A DNA stretch of 64,000 nucleotides, taken from Nitrospirota bacterium. GTDB lineage: Bacteria > Nitrospirota > UBA9217. The position numbers were made by a program, and so were the translations under genes. The stretch covers positions 101,206 through 165,205 of the forward strand of contig CAVUHW010000006.1 of the NCBI GenBank assembly GCA_963741205.1, written 5' to 3'. The notes under the pieces were generated by a model that made no database searches, was not told the DNA's origin, and saw nothing but the letters and a program-made list of their open reading frames with translations. Positions 21,102-30,763 of this stretch are shown here, one piece after another. Positions within the stretch are counted from its first letter, which is position 1; each line of letters opens with the position of its first letter.

Positions 21102-22343
21102 TCACAGGAACTCTTCGTAGTAGTCCAGGTCCTTGTGGAATGTCTCTTCCAGGGAGACCAGGGCAAAGAAAGCTGCTGTCACGCAGATGGCCCCGACCGC
21201 AAGTGCGCCGCCTTCCAGGCCGAGGTGCCGGCGGAATAATTGAAAAAGAAGGGTGATGGGGACCACCATGCCGCGCACGAAGTTGGGGACGGTTGTGGCG
21301 ACCGTCGCGCGCAGGTTCGTGCCGAACTGCTCCGCGGCAACAGTCACGAAGATGGCCCAGTAGCCGCTGGCATATCCGAGTACCAGGCACACGCCGTAGA
21401 AAAAGGCCGGGCTCCTGCTCCCCTGCAGGAAGTAGAGGGCGATCCCCCCAATGGTGAGGAGCATGAAGAGAAGGACCACCTTTTTCCTGCTCTTGAGCAG
21501 CTGGCTCAGCAGGCCGCTCGAGAGATCTCCGAAGACGAGCCCCAGGTAGCAGAACATGACCGCGTTCCCGGCGGAGACCGGTCCGGTCGTTCCGAGCGTT
21601 TTGGCGAACTCCGGCGAGAAGGTGATGAGTATCCCGACGACGAACCAGATCGGGACGCCGATCAGGATCGAGTTGAGGTAACGGAAGAAGCGTTTGCGGT
21701 CCGAAAAGAGGGCAAGCATGTTCCCGCGGCTCACGCCCGTCTTCTCGTCCATTGCCTTGAACATGCCCGATTCGGCCACGCTGATCCGGGCGATGAGCAG
21801 AAGGAGCCCGAGCACGCCGCCGATGATGAAGGCGTTCCGCCAGTCATAGGCGTTGGCGATGATGTTCGCGAGGATGGCGCCCGAGACGCCCACGGAAGCG
21901 ACGAGCATGGTGCCGTAGCCCCGGACGCTCGTGTGCAGGACCTCGGACACGAGCGTGATCCCCGCCCCGAGCTCGCCGGCAAGGCCTACGCCGGCGATGA
22001 AGCGCAGGGCCGCGTAAGCAGGGAGGGACGCGGCCATCCCGTTCGCCATGTTCGCGATGGAGTAGAGGAAGATCGAGCCGAACATGATTTTCAGCCGTCC
22101 TTTCCGGTCCCCCAGGATGCCCCAGAGGATGCCGCCGATGAGCATGCCCGCCATCTGCATATTGAGGAGAAAGACGCCGGAGTCGATCAGCTCCTGCCCG
22201 GAAAGGCCGAGCGATTTCAGGCTCGGCACCCGCACGATGCTGAAGAGCACCAGGTCGTAGATGTCGACGAAGTAGCCGAGGGCGGCCACGATGACAGGCA
22301 GGCTGAACACATGGCGGAGATGAGAGACGGTTTTCTGTTCCAC
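21102..22343 (-). CDS. MFS transporter (12-TMS, metabolite uptake-like)
   Basis: GYFVDIYD, GILGDRKGR, GLAGELGAGITLVSE, AEQFGTNLRAT. Confidence 0.9.
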   Translation of the reverse strand: MEQKTVSHLRHVFSLPVIVAALGYFVDIYDLVLFSIVRVPSLKSLGLSGQELIDSGVFLLNMQMAGMLIGGILWGILGDRKGRLKIMFGSIFLYSIANMANGMAASLPAYAALRFIAGVGLAGELGAGITLVSEVLHTSVRGYGTMLVASVGVSGAILANIIANAYDWRNAFIIGGVLGLLLLIARISVAESGMFKAMDEKTGVSRGNMLALFSDRKRFFRYLNSILIGVPIWFVVGILITFSPEFAKTLGTTGPVSAGNAVMFCYLGLVFGDLSSGLLSQLLKSRKKVVLLFMLLTIGGIALYFLQGSRSPAFFYGVCLVLGYASGYWAIFVTVAAEQFGTNLRATVATTVPNFVRGMVVPITLLFQLFRRHLGLEGGALAVGAICVTAAFFALVSLEETFHKDLDYYEEFL

Positions 22344-22400
22344 GGACGTTACCTCGGAGTAACTTTTAAGTCAAATTCATCTAAGAATGGAAAGAATATT

Positions 22401-22501
22401 TCTCGCAAAGACGCAAAGTTCGCAAAGAGAGGAAAAAATATTCTTGGGGTTTAAAACCGATGATTAAGGTTTTCTTTGCGCCTTGCGAGCTTTGCGTGAG
22501 A
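22401..22501. repeat. Family E palindrome of CGCAAAG units
   Basis: TCTCGCAAAGACGCAAAGTTCGCAAAG ... CTTTGCGCCTTGCGAGCTTTGCGTGAGA around an AT-rich spacer. Confidence 0.8.
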
Positions 22502-22534
22502 CAGCCTTTAGTTCCGGTTTATCCGGGTTAGGTA

Positions 22535-23563
22535 TTACCTGTTCGGCTCGATGATGACCTTCATGCAGCCGTCGGGCTGGGCGCCGGTCATGAATGCTTC
22601 GCCGATCCTGTCGATGCCGAACCGGTGCGTGACCATGTCGGTCACCGTGACCGTGCCGTGCCTGATGAGCTCGAGGGCCTGCATGTTGTCGAGAGGGGCC
22701 GCGCCGTAGCAGGTCTTGATCGTAATATCGTCCCGCCAGAAGGGATTGAAGTCCACGTCCACGGTCTCGCCCGGTTTCGGCACCGCGAAGAACAGGATCG
22801 TGCCGCCGCGCTCGGCCGAGATAAGCGCGGTCCGGGCGGCCGGCAAGCGCGCCTGCGCAAAGGATGACGAGATCCGCCAGCCGTCCGTCATTGACCTTTC
22901 TGATGAACGCGGGTACGTCTTCATCTGCCGGGATCGCGTGATTCGCCCCGAACTCACGCGCCTTCTCCAGACGGTAGGGGCTTACATCGGTCGCGATGAT
23001 GGTTCCCGCGCCCATGGCCCGGGCCAGCTTGATGAGGAGCAGGCCGGCAACGCCGCTCCCCGCTACGAAAACGCTCTGGGCGGGTTTCAGTCCCGCCGTC
23101 CGGAGCGCCCTGACCGCCGTTCCCAGGGGTTCGATGAAGGTCGCCTGCTCGAAACTCATCGGATTCGGGAAGCTTGAAGGTCCCTGTTTCGACGCTTCTG
23201 CCCGTTACACGCAGGAGTTGGGAAAACCCGCCGGGATCGAAATTGTTGACGGTCTGGAACGTGGTGCAGGCGGTTTCGTGCCCGGTGAGGCAGTGGTGGC
23301 AGGAATTGCAGGGAACGTGGTGGGTGACAAAGACGCGGTCTCCGGGTTTGACGGAGCGCACCAGTTTTCCGGTTTCGACAACGACGCCGGCCGGTTCGTG
23401 ACCCAATACCAGCGGCGCCCGTTTGATGCGGTACCACTCCAAAAGGTCCGATCCGCACAGGCCGCAGGCCATGACCTTGACCAGGATGTCGCGGTCGCCT
23501 GGTTGGCGCTGGGCGCTCTTCGACCCGGACATCGCTGTTACGGTAATAGACTCCGACCTTCAT
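22535..23563 (-). CDS. Zn-dependent alcohol/polyol dehydrogenase (three apparent frameshifts)
   Basis: MKVGVYY, CGLCGSD, LGHE, C..C..C.......C structural Zn site, IEP, GSGVAG, VTHRF. Confidence 0.85.
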
Positions 23564-23567
23564 CGAA

Positions 23568-23647
23568 CCCCCTCACCTCAGCCCTCTCCCACCGGGGAGA
23601 GGGGGTTGGTGTAGCCCCTCCTCGATGGGAGGGGTTGGGGAGGGTGA
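23568..23647. repeat. Family F double hairpin (CCCTCTCCC..GGGAGAGGG)
   Basis: CCCCTCACCTCAGCCCTCTCCCACCGGGGAGAGGG ... CCCCTCCTCGATGGGAGGGGTTGGGGAGGG. Confidence 0.8.
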
Positions 23648-23661
23648 CGGTGCCTGATCCT

Positions 23662-24537
23662 TCATTTCTTCTTCATGTCCTGATAATACTCGTACGCTTC
23701 CTTCACGCTCGCGCCGTCATGCACGACCTTGCGGACGGCCCCGATCATGGCGACCGGGGCATCGGACTGGAAGATGTTCCTGCCCATGTCCACGCCGGAG
23801 GCGCCCTGGTTTATCGCGTCATGCGCCATCTGCAGGGCTTCTTTTTCGGGAAGTTTTTTCCCGCCCGCAATCACGATCGGCACGGGGCAGGCCGCGGCCA
23901 CCTGCTCGAACCCCGGGACATGGTAGGTCTTTACGAAAGAGGCCCCGAGTTCCGCCAGGATGCGCGTTGCGAGGCTGATGTAGCGGATATCGCGCGTAAG
24001 CTCCTTGCCCACCGCCGTGACGCCGAGTACCGGCATGCCGTAGCGCATGCCACTGTCCACAAGCCGGGTCATATTGTTCACGGACTGGGTCTCGAATTCT
24101 CCGCCGATGAAGACCTGGACCGCGACAGCGGATACATTCATGCGGAGCGCATCTTCCATGTCCACTGCGATCTGCTCATTGGAGAGTTCCTTGAGGACGC
24201 TCGGGCCCCCGCTTGCGCGCATGACCACCGCGTTGGTCACCGACGGCTCGATGACGGAGCGCAGGATGCCGCGCGTCAGCATCAGGGCGTCCGCGTAGGG
24301 GATGAGCGGACGGATCGTGACGTCGACCCGCTCGAGCCCGGTCGTGGGACCCTGGAAATATCCGTGGTCGAACGCCAGCATCACGGTCTTCCCGGATTTT
24401 GGATTAAAAATACGGGCAAGCCTGTTTCTCATGCCCCAGTCATAGCCGTTCGATCCTTTGAGGAAAAAGGCCTCGCTCTTTTGAGGAATGTCGATATGGT
24501 AGTTTTTTTCTTTTTTCGAAAAGTCCTGCTCTGCCAT
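23662..24537 (-). CDS. lsrF: LsrF-like class I aldolase/thiolase
   Basis: [64 protein letters not shown]. Confidence 0.9.
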   Translation of the reverse strand: MAEQDFSKKEKNYHIDIPQKSEAFFLKGSNGYDWGMRNRLARIFNPKSGKTVMLAFDHGYFQGPTTGLERVDVTIRPLIPYADALMLTRGILRSVIEPSVTNAVVMRASGGPSVLKELSNEQIAVDMEDALRMNVSAVAVQVFIGGEFETQSVNNMTRLVDSGMRYGMPVLGVTAVGKELTRDIRYISLATRILAELGASFVKTYHVPGFEQVAAACPVPIVIAGGKKLPEKEALQMAHDAINQGASGVDMGRNIFQSDAPVAMIGAVRKVVHDGASVKEAYEYYQDMKKK

Positions 24538-24874
24538 CGGAAAACCTCCTGGGGGCCGCCTGAGCTGTTGAAGGATTATAATCTAATGCAAGCATCGGGA
24601 TAAATCAAGGGGAAAATGGCAAAAGGGTGCGGCTCAGCACTTGCAAAAATCATCTAACGGGGTATTATGCACCGTGGACAAATGTGCGACGGAACAAACG
24701 GAATAAGGTCCCGGGAGATGGAGAAGAGCGAGCCGTGTTTGGTCATTGACCTGAAGCATACCAGGGTCAAGGGCATGGATTATTTTTCCAATGAAGAGAG
24801 ACGTATGCTGTCCGAAATACGTCCAAGACGCGGCGGAGATCCTGGAGGAAATGGTGAAGGACCGGCAGTGAGGT

Positions 24875-25090
24875 TCACTTCTGCAGCAGCGACACCACCG
24901 CCTTCAGAATAAGCAGAACCCAGGGCGTCGCGTGGAGCACAAGGTCGAACCAGTCGATCGGCCTGACGAGTTGACCTTTCATCAGCATCTGCAGCTTCTC
25001 CCAGATATGCGGCGGAGCAAAAGGCGCAAGCCCCAGCGTCAGGCATGCAAGGATAAGAAGACCCCATGGGAGTTTCGCTATAAATTCCAT
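24875..25090 (-). CDS. Small conserved two-TM membrane protein
   Basis: TLGLAPF..PHIWEKLQML..G.L.RPIDWFDLVLH pattern; compact ORF. Confidence 0.75.
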   Translation of the reverse strand: MEFIAKLPWGLLILACLTLGLAPFAPPHIWEKLQMLMKGQLVRPIDWFDLVLHATPWVLLILKAVVSLLQK

Positions 25091-25172
25091 ATCTTGGATC
25101 TCTTTGATGCACCATACAACCTGCCGGGGAGAATGGACGCGAGGAGGCGAGACGGCGTTGAAGCGTCATGAG

Positions 25173-25433
25173 CTACTTTTTTTCCGCTACGGATTCCTTC
25201 ATAATGATCGGGGCAAAACGCGAGCCGATCTCACGAGCCTTGTCCTGGTCGATGAAGAGGGACACTAATTTCTGGACCTTCTCACAGGCGATGGCAGCGG
25301 TGTGTTTTCCCGCAGACCAGTCATCAAGGATTACATCGACACGGTGGAGAAACAAATCACTCACGCCCTTGCCGAGAACCGAGTGGATCTCGTTTTTCAC
25401 CTGATCTACCTGCTCCTTGGGCACGGGGCTCAT
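25173..25433 (-). CDS. Hypothetical cytoplasmic protein
   Basis: 86-aa ORF overlapping the upstream gene by ATGA-type 4-nt junction. Confidence 0.65.
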   Translation of the reverse strand: MSPVPKEQVDQVKNEIHSVLGKGVSDLFLHRVDVILDDWSAGKHTAAIACEKVQKLVSLFIDQDKAREIGSRFAPIIMKESVAEKK

Positions 25434-25726
25434 AGGCCGATATCCTCAACAATCTTAAAGAACAACTTGATTACTATCACGACGAAGATCGCGCCCGCAA
25501 GAAAAATCACGCCGACAAAAACGTCTTTGATATCCGCAGGCAACAGGCGGAAGAAAGGCGTGGAAAGATACCCTACCGAGAACATCACGATCAAGGCCGC
25601 GAGAAAATTCCATGTTGATCTGACCTTGCCGCCTGGAATTTTATGCCTCAGAACGAATACGCTGTACAAGGCATAGAGCATGACCGCAATCGACGCTACG
25701 CTGAGCAGCAAAAAGAGCATTTCCAT
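25430..25726 (-). CDS. Hypothetical three-TM membrane protein
   Basis: AGGAGG RBS before ATG25726; three hydrophobic segments. Confidence 0.7.
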   Translation of the reverse strand: MEMLFLLLSVASIAVMLYALYSVFVLRHKIPGGKVRSTWNFLAALIVMFSVGYLSTPFFRLLPADIKDVFVGVIFLAGAIFVVIVIKLFFKIVEDIGL

Positions 25727-26089
25727 GAAAGCCGGCCTCCTGTCGGGAATAGCAGATATCAAGCCTTTATGTGGCTGAGAGTATAGCATTAAAATATTGC
25801 TCCGTCAATAAATTGTAACATCCCGTCATTCTATCATGCATGCAGGGACAGACTCTCAATTTCCCGCCTCAGTATCCATGTTCATGAATCTTTTTCCCAG
25901 ACGCAAAGAGTTGACGACCTTTGAGAATAGTTTTTGATTTTTTCCCGGAGGCCGCGTGACCGATCGAAAAATCCCTTTTCAAGTCAGGGGGTGTTGTGTA
26001 TACTTGCTCAAGATATATTCCGGATCCGTCAAGGTATTCTTTGTGATCACCCCCCTTGAGATACACTTCATAACCGGCCGTACAACTCC

Positions 26090-26165
26090 CCGGCACTCAA
26101 GGCAGCCCATATCGGCATAGCCATGGGAAGCCGGGGAACGACGTAGCGCGAGGTCGCCGCGCTCG
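26090..26165 (+). pseudogene. Relic of a P-type ATPase hinge region
   Basis: Translates PALKAAHIGIAMGSRGT then, with single-base shifts, DVAR and EVAAL; matches the (DA)PALK.A.IGIAMG..GTDVA.EAA motif; no flanking ATPase sequence recognised. Confidence 0.65.
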
Positions 26166-26259
26166 GCCGAGCGGCATGCTGTTCGCATTTTTCGTCCTTC
26201 AGGCGGTAGGAGGACATCGGCGCGGCCGAGGCGGACAAGGGAGCGGGAAACAAAAAATC

Positions 26260-27025
26260 ATGACGATGACGGTCTTCAGAACTCTTCAAGCGCTCATCCT
26301 TCCGCCCCGGGGCCCGCTTGCTCCTCGTAGCGGCCGGTTTCGCGGTCAAAATCATATGCCGGGGCTTCGGCAGACTGCTTATTGCCTCGGGGTTCGCTCT
26401 GCTGTACCTCGTCAGCATCAGCCCGGTGAGCGACGCATTAATCAGGCCGCTTGAAAGGGCCTACCCTCCGCTCGACGTCACACGGAAGGCAAAGAACGCT
26501 GATGCCATCATCGTGCTGGGCGGCGGCGTACGCGACCTCACCTGGCTTGGGCTTGCAGCGGAGCCGTCTGAAATGTCGCTGGAGAGGGTGGTCGCAGCAG
26601 TGCGGCTATCTCACACGGAGCATCTTCCGCTCGTGCTGGTCGGCGGGAACGGAGATGCGTCGAAGACCGGCGTCAGCGAGGCCGAATCCATGGCACGCGC
26701 AGCAGCGGGTCTCGGAGTGCCCCGCCGCGACCTGATCGTAATCGGGAAGGCGCAGAACACCCTGGAAAGCGCAACGGCCGTAAGGGACAGGCTGAAAGGA
26801 AAACGCATTATTCTCGTTACTTCGGCGTTTCACATGAGGAGGGCGGTCGGGCTTTTTAACAAAAAGGGATTTCAGGTGATCCCTGCGCCTTGCGGATATC
26901 GGGGTGAACAGAGAACGCTGACATCCCGGTCATTCATTCCCCGCGCGGATTGCCTTTCTACATCCCACGCTGCTCTCGGCGAATACCTCAGCCTCGCGTG
27001 GTATACGGCGAGCGGCGATCTGTAG
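26260..27025 (+). CDS. YdcF/ElyC (DUF218) family envelope protein (frameshift near 26310)
   Basis: LILPP N-terminus, PLE..YP, IIVLGGG, SEA, NT.E.A, LVTSAFHMRRA, E.L...WY. Confidence 0.85.
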
Positions 27026-27203
27026 CGGAGCAAGATTCGTCATCCCCGCGCACCCGCCGCCCGATCCGGGGACGGCATACCGTCTCCAAACATATGTTCA
27101 ACTCAGAGCCTTTGCCGCCGGTAGCCCTGTTGCGACGAATCTGTTAAGGTGATCTGGACTTACTGGCGTCTAAGGGTGGGATCTGTCCGGAGGACTTCCG
27201 GGA

Positions 27204-27758
27204 CTAGCCGGGAATGGGCGGCTGGCCGGTGTTGGTGCCTGCGACGAACAACCAATCACTGTACCTGCTCTTTCCGGCAAAGTCCTGATAGGCAGCCGGA
27301 AAGTTGTCCTTCTTCAGAGGTTCCTTGTCACTTCTGCTGTGGACCCCCATAATGCTGGGCGCAGCCGCCATCTGCTGGGCGGTGACGGGCACTCCGATGG
27401 TGACCGACTGAGAAGTGATGATTTCAAAGTCCTCTCCTGTCATGGGGTCCTTGTACTTTTGGCGCAGGTGGCGCTTGCCATTCGGCGTTCGCTCGTCCAT
27501 CAACAGATCATCGATATTCCTGGGATACTGGGGTCGCCCGGGAACCGCGGTATAATACCGTTCGATGGCCTGCCGGTATTGATCGCCCCGGAAGAGCAGT
27601 TCCTCCTCTTTATCCCGAAGCATGACGTTTTGCCAGTATTTGCCGGCTGCGCCGAGACTGATCCCGATGATAACGATCGCCACCAGGAGGGCGATGTAGG
27701 AAAAACCCTGAGAATTTCGGATTTTTGACCCTTTCAATCCGCATTCCGCAATCCGCAT
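27204..27758 (-). CDS. Type II secretion / type IV pilin-like pseudopilin
   Basis: Prepilin-type site QG|FSYIALL then hydrophobic helix; KEEELLFRG, AIERYY, YP, RHLRQKYKDPMTG. Confidence 0.85.
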   Translation of the reverse strand: MRIAECGLKGSKIRNSQGFSYIALLVAIVIIGISLGAAGKYWQNVMLRDKEEELLFRGDQYRQAIERYYTAVPGRPQYPRNIDDLLMDERTPNGKRHLRQKYKDPMTGEDFEIITSQSVTIGVPVTAQQMAAAPSIMGVHSRSDKEPLKKDNFPAAYQDFAGKSRYSDWLFVAGTNTGQPPIPG

Positions 27759-27781
27759 TCCGCAATAATATCTTCTGTTTT

Positions 27782-28861
27782 TCATTCTACCTTCCCGCCG
27801 CCCACCATCTTTCCGTCGCTTTCATAGAAAAGTTCCACAAGGGGCCGGTTGTTCCCTCCACCGGGCTGCTCATACAGATACTGGCGCTTCTGCGGGTACT
27901 GCTCGGCCGTGAGTTCGAAGAGAATGGTATTGTTCTTGAGTGTTCCATCCAGCGAGACGCCGAGTAGCCTGGCGCCCTGCGGCAGCGTTACGAGCAGACG
28001 CGTCCTGATGTGATCGACGGATGAGGTCACGGTGAGTTCCTCGCCGAGGACCCTCCCCTGATCGGTCCCTTCCGGCGCCGCGCTTCGGACGGCGGCGCGA
28101 AGCAGGAGGCTGTAGACGGGCGTCGTCCCGGCCTCGCGGGCCGAACGGATGATGGAAAAGGGCATGACGATAGCGCGCCCGCTGCCCACGGCATCGATCA
28201 GGACGGCCGGTTTCCGGTTGTCGCTGTAGACGGCGGCCGGCGATGCACCCGGTTTTTGCGGGAGCAGGAGGGGGCCGCTCACGGGGATGGTCCCCCCCAG
28301 GCCCAGTCCCGGGTCGCCCGTGAACGCCAGCGAGGACCCGCCTTGGCGGGAAGATCCTTCACGAATGCGGAACCCGAAGGATTCCGCGAGTAGCCGGCTT
28401 TGGTCTTCCGAACCGATGATGATGACGCTTTTCCCCCGGGAGACCTGGTCCCGCAGAACCTCGAGGTTTTCGAGACGCTCATCTGCCTCGAACATGACAA
28501 AGACATTAAAGAGGCCGCTGGCCGCCTGGTCCGAGAAGTCCGCGGAGGAAGCGGAGGTCCGGTAATAAATCCCGTCGTCCTCGAAGGCCTGCTTCACGAT
28601 GAGCTCGGCAAGGGCCTTTTCCACGGGGTTGCCGGATTTCCCGGTCCAGAGCAGGATCCGGAGGAGGGGACCGGTCCCTCTTTTCACTTCCACCGGCGTT
28701 AACGCAGAAGTCTGGTCGGCGCTACCCGCGGGCCTCGACGCAGGAACTGCCGCCGCGGAATTGTCCTGAGCGGCCTGCCCAAGCTCGAAGGCCGCTGCGG
28801 GTGCGGCGGCGAGAAGGGCCGTCGCAATAATCAAGGATATGGTTGCTCGACAAGTCATCAT
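27782..28861 (-). CDS. Hypothetical secreted protein
   Basis: Signal peptide (AAAPAAA|FE), 359-aa intact ORF within the T2SS-like cluster. Confidence 0.7.
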   Translation of the reverse strand: MMTCRATISLIIATALLAAAPAAAFELGQAAQDNSAAAVPASRPAGSADQTSALTPVEVKRGTGPLLRILLWTGKSGNPVEKALAELIVKQAFEDDGIYYRTSASSADFSDQAASGLFNVFVMFEADERLENLEVLRDQVSRGKSVIIIGSEDQSRLLAESFGFRIREGSSRQGGSSLAFTGDPGLGLGGTIPVSGPLLLPQKPGASPAAVYSDNRKPAVLIDAVGSGRAIVMPFSIIRSAREAGTTPVYSLLLRAAVRSAAPEGTDQGRVLGEELTVTSSVDHIRTRLLVTLPQGARLLGVSLDGTLKNNTILFELTAEQYPQKRQYLYEQPGGGNNRPLVELFYESDGKMVGGGKVE

Positions 28862-28931
28862 GTTGAAGTATTTCCGCGTTCATCCACGGTTATAAACACT
28901 CTCAAAATAGTCACAACATAATAATCAGGAT

Positions 28932-29014
28932 GTCATTCCCGCGACGCTTCTGAGCGGGAATCCATTTTTTATAATTGAAACAATGGATCCCCGATAGAAG
29001 CATTCGGGGATGAC
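28932..29014. repeat. Family C double-hairpin element
   Basis: GTCATTCCCG..CGGGAATCCA ... TGGATCCCCG..CGGGGATGAC. Confidence 0.85.
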
Positions 29015-29038
29015 AACCAATAATCGTTGGTATTGGGT

Positions 29039-30763
29039 TTATTCGATAAACGTCACCCGGTTGATCTCCTTGAAGGTCGTGACACCCGCAAAGACCTTGG
29101 CAAGCGCGGACTGGCGGAGGGTGGTCATCCCCTCGGCAATAGCGGCCTTCCTGAGTTCCGATGAGGGGCGTTTTTCGAGGATCATCTCCCTGATGTGGTC
29201 CGAGAGGTCGAGGAATTCGGTGATGGCCTGCCTGCCCCGGAAGCCGGTGAAGTTGCACTCCTTGCATCCGACGGCCTCGTAGAACTGGTGGTCCTTGTGA
29301 TGATCAAAGCTGACGGCCGACTCTTCCATCTCCCCGCGCGAAATTTTGACCGGCTTTTTGCACCGCGTGCATAGGATCCTGACGAGCCGCTGGGCCAGGA
29401 TGCAATTGAGCGACGACACGAAGTTGTACGGTTCAATGCCCATGTTCAGGAACCGGCCGAGCACGTCGAAGGCGTTGTTGGCGTGCACCGTAGTGAACAC
29501 CAGGTGGCCGGTAAGCGCGGACTGGACCGCGATCTGGCCCGTTTCTGCGTCGCGGATCTCGCCGACCATGATCTTGTCCGGGTCGTGCCGGAGGATCGAC
29601 CGGAGCCCGCGGGCAAAGGTGAGTCCCTTCTTTTCGTTGACCGGGATCTGCGTCACGCCCCGGAGCTGGTACTCGACGGGGTCCTCGATGGTGATGAACT
29701 TGTCCTCGCCCGTATTGATCTCCGTCAGGGCGGCGTAGAGCGTCGTGGTCTTGCCGCTCCCGGTGGGGCCGGTAACGAGGACCATGCCGTAGGGCTCGCG
29801 GATGCTCTTCCGGAACCCGCGAATATCGTCTTCGTCGAATCCGAGACTGTCGAGCCTGAGCGTGTTCACCCCCGCGGTGATGGATTCCTTGTCCAGGATA
29901 CGGATGACCACGTCCTCGCCGAAGGCGGAGGGGAGGATCGAGACGCGGAAGTCGATGGTCTTGCCGCCGGTCCTGAGCTTGAACCTGCCGTCCTGGGGCA
30001 CGCGGCGCTCGGCGATGTCCAGGTCGCTCATCACCTTGATGCGCGACACGATGGCGCTGTGGAACTTGATGTCGATCGGTTCGGTGGCGGGGTACATGAC
30101 GCCGTCGATGCGGTACTTGATCAGGACGTTTTTATCGGTGGCTTCGATGTGGATGTCGGAGGCCCGGCGCTGGATGGCGTCGAACACGGTGGTGTGCATG
30201 AGTTTGATGATGGGGCTCTCGTCCTTGTCGATGCTTTCGAGCGACAGGATCTCTTCGCCTTCGCCGTTCTCCTGCTCCTTGACGATGTGGAACTTGAAGT
30301 CCTCGGAGACCGTGTGCATCACCTGCTCCGACGAACCGCTCCGCTTCAGGACGGATTGGATGGCGGAAAAGGTGCATACGCTGATCTCGACCTGGCGGTT
30401 CAGGATCATCTCCAGTTCGTCGATGGCGGGGAGGTTGTTGGGGTCGGTCATGGCGATGATCAGTAGATCGCCGGTGTCTTCCCTCGGGATGAACTGATAG
30501 CGCTGCATCAGCTCGACCGGGATGGTTTCGAAGAATTTCGGGTTGATCCGGAAATCCGACAGATCAACATAGCTCAGGCCGCGCTGCTCCGCGAGGGACT
30601 GGGCAAGGATCTCCTCGGTGATCAGACCCTCGGCCAGGAGGAGTTCGCCGGTGCGCAGCTGGCGGGCCTCAGGCTTCATCAGGACTGCGCTGATCTGCTC
30701 CTGGGTCACGTTGCCCTTGATCACGAGAATATCGCCAAGCCGTTTTCTCCTGAATGACGTCAT
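29039..30763 (-). CDS. GspE/PilB family secretion ATPase
   Basis: N-terminal RLGDIL/MshEN-like segment, RASDIHIE, PQDGR, Walker A GPTGSGKT, TIEDPVE, LRHDPD..MVGEIRD, CxxC..CxxC. Confidence 0.95.
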   Translation of the reverse strand: MTSFRRKRLGDILVIKGNVTQEQISAVLMKPEARQLRTGELLLAEGLITEEILAQSLAEQRGLSYVDLSDFRINPKFFETIPVELMQRYQFIPREDTGDLLIIAMTDPNNLPAIDELEMILNRQVEISVCTFSAIQSVLKRSGSSEQVMHTVSEDFKFHIVKEQENGEGEEILSLESIDKDESPIIKLMHTTVFDAIQRRASDIHIEATDKNVLIKYRIDGVMYPATEPIDIKFHSAIVSRIKVMSDLDIAERRVPQDGRFKLRTGGKTIDFRVSILPSAFGEDVVIRILDKESITAGVNTLRLDSLGFDEDDIRGFRKSIREPYGMVLVTGPTGSGKTTTLYAALTEINTGEDKFITIEDPVEYQLRGVTQIPVNEKKGLTFARGLRSILRHDPDKIMVGEIRDAETGQIAVQSALTGHLVFTTVHANNAFDVLGRFLNMGIEPYNFVSSLNCILAQRLVRILCTRCKKPVKISRGEMEESAVSFDHHKDHQFYEAVGCKECNFTGFRGRQAITEFLDLSDHIREMILEKRPSSELRKAAIAEGMTTLRQSALAKVFAGVTTFKEINRVTFIE

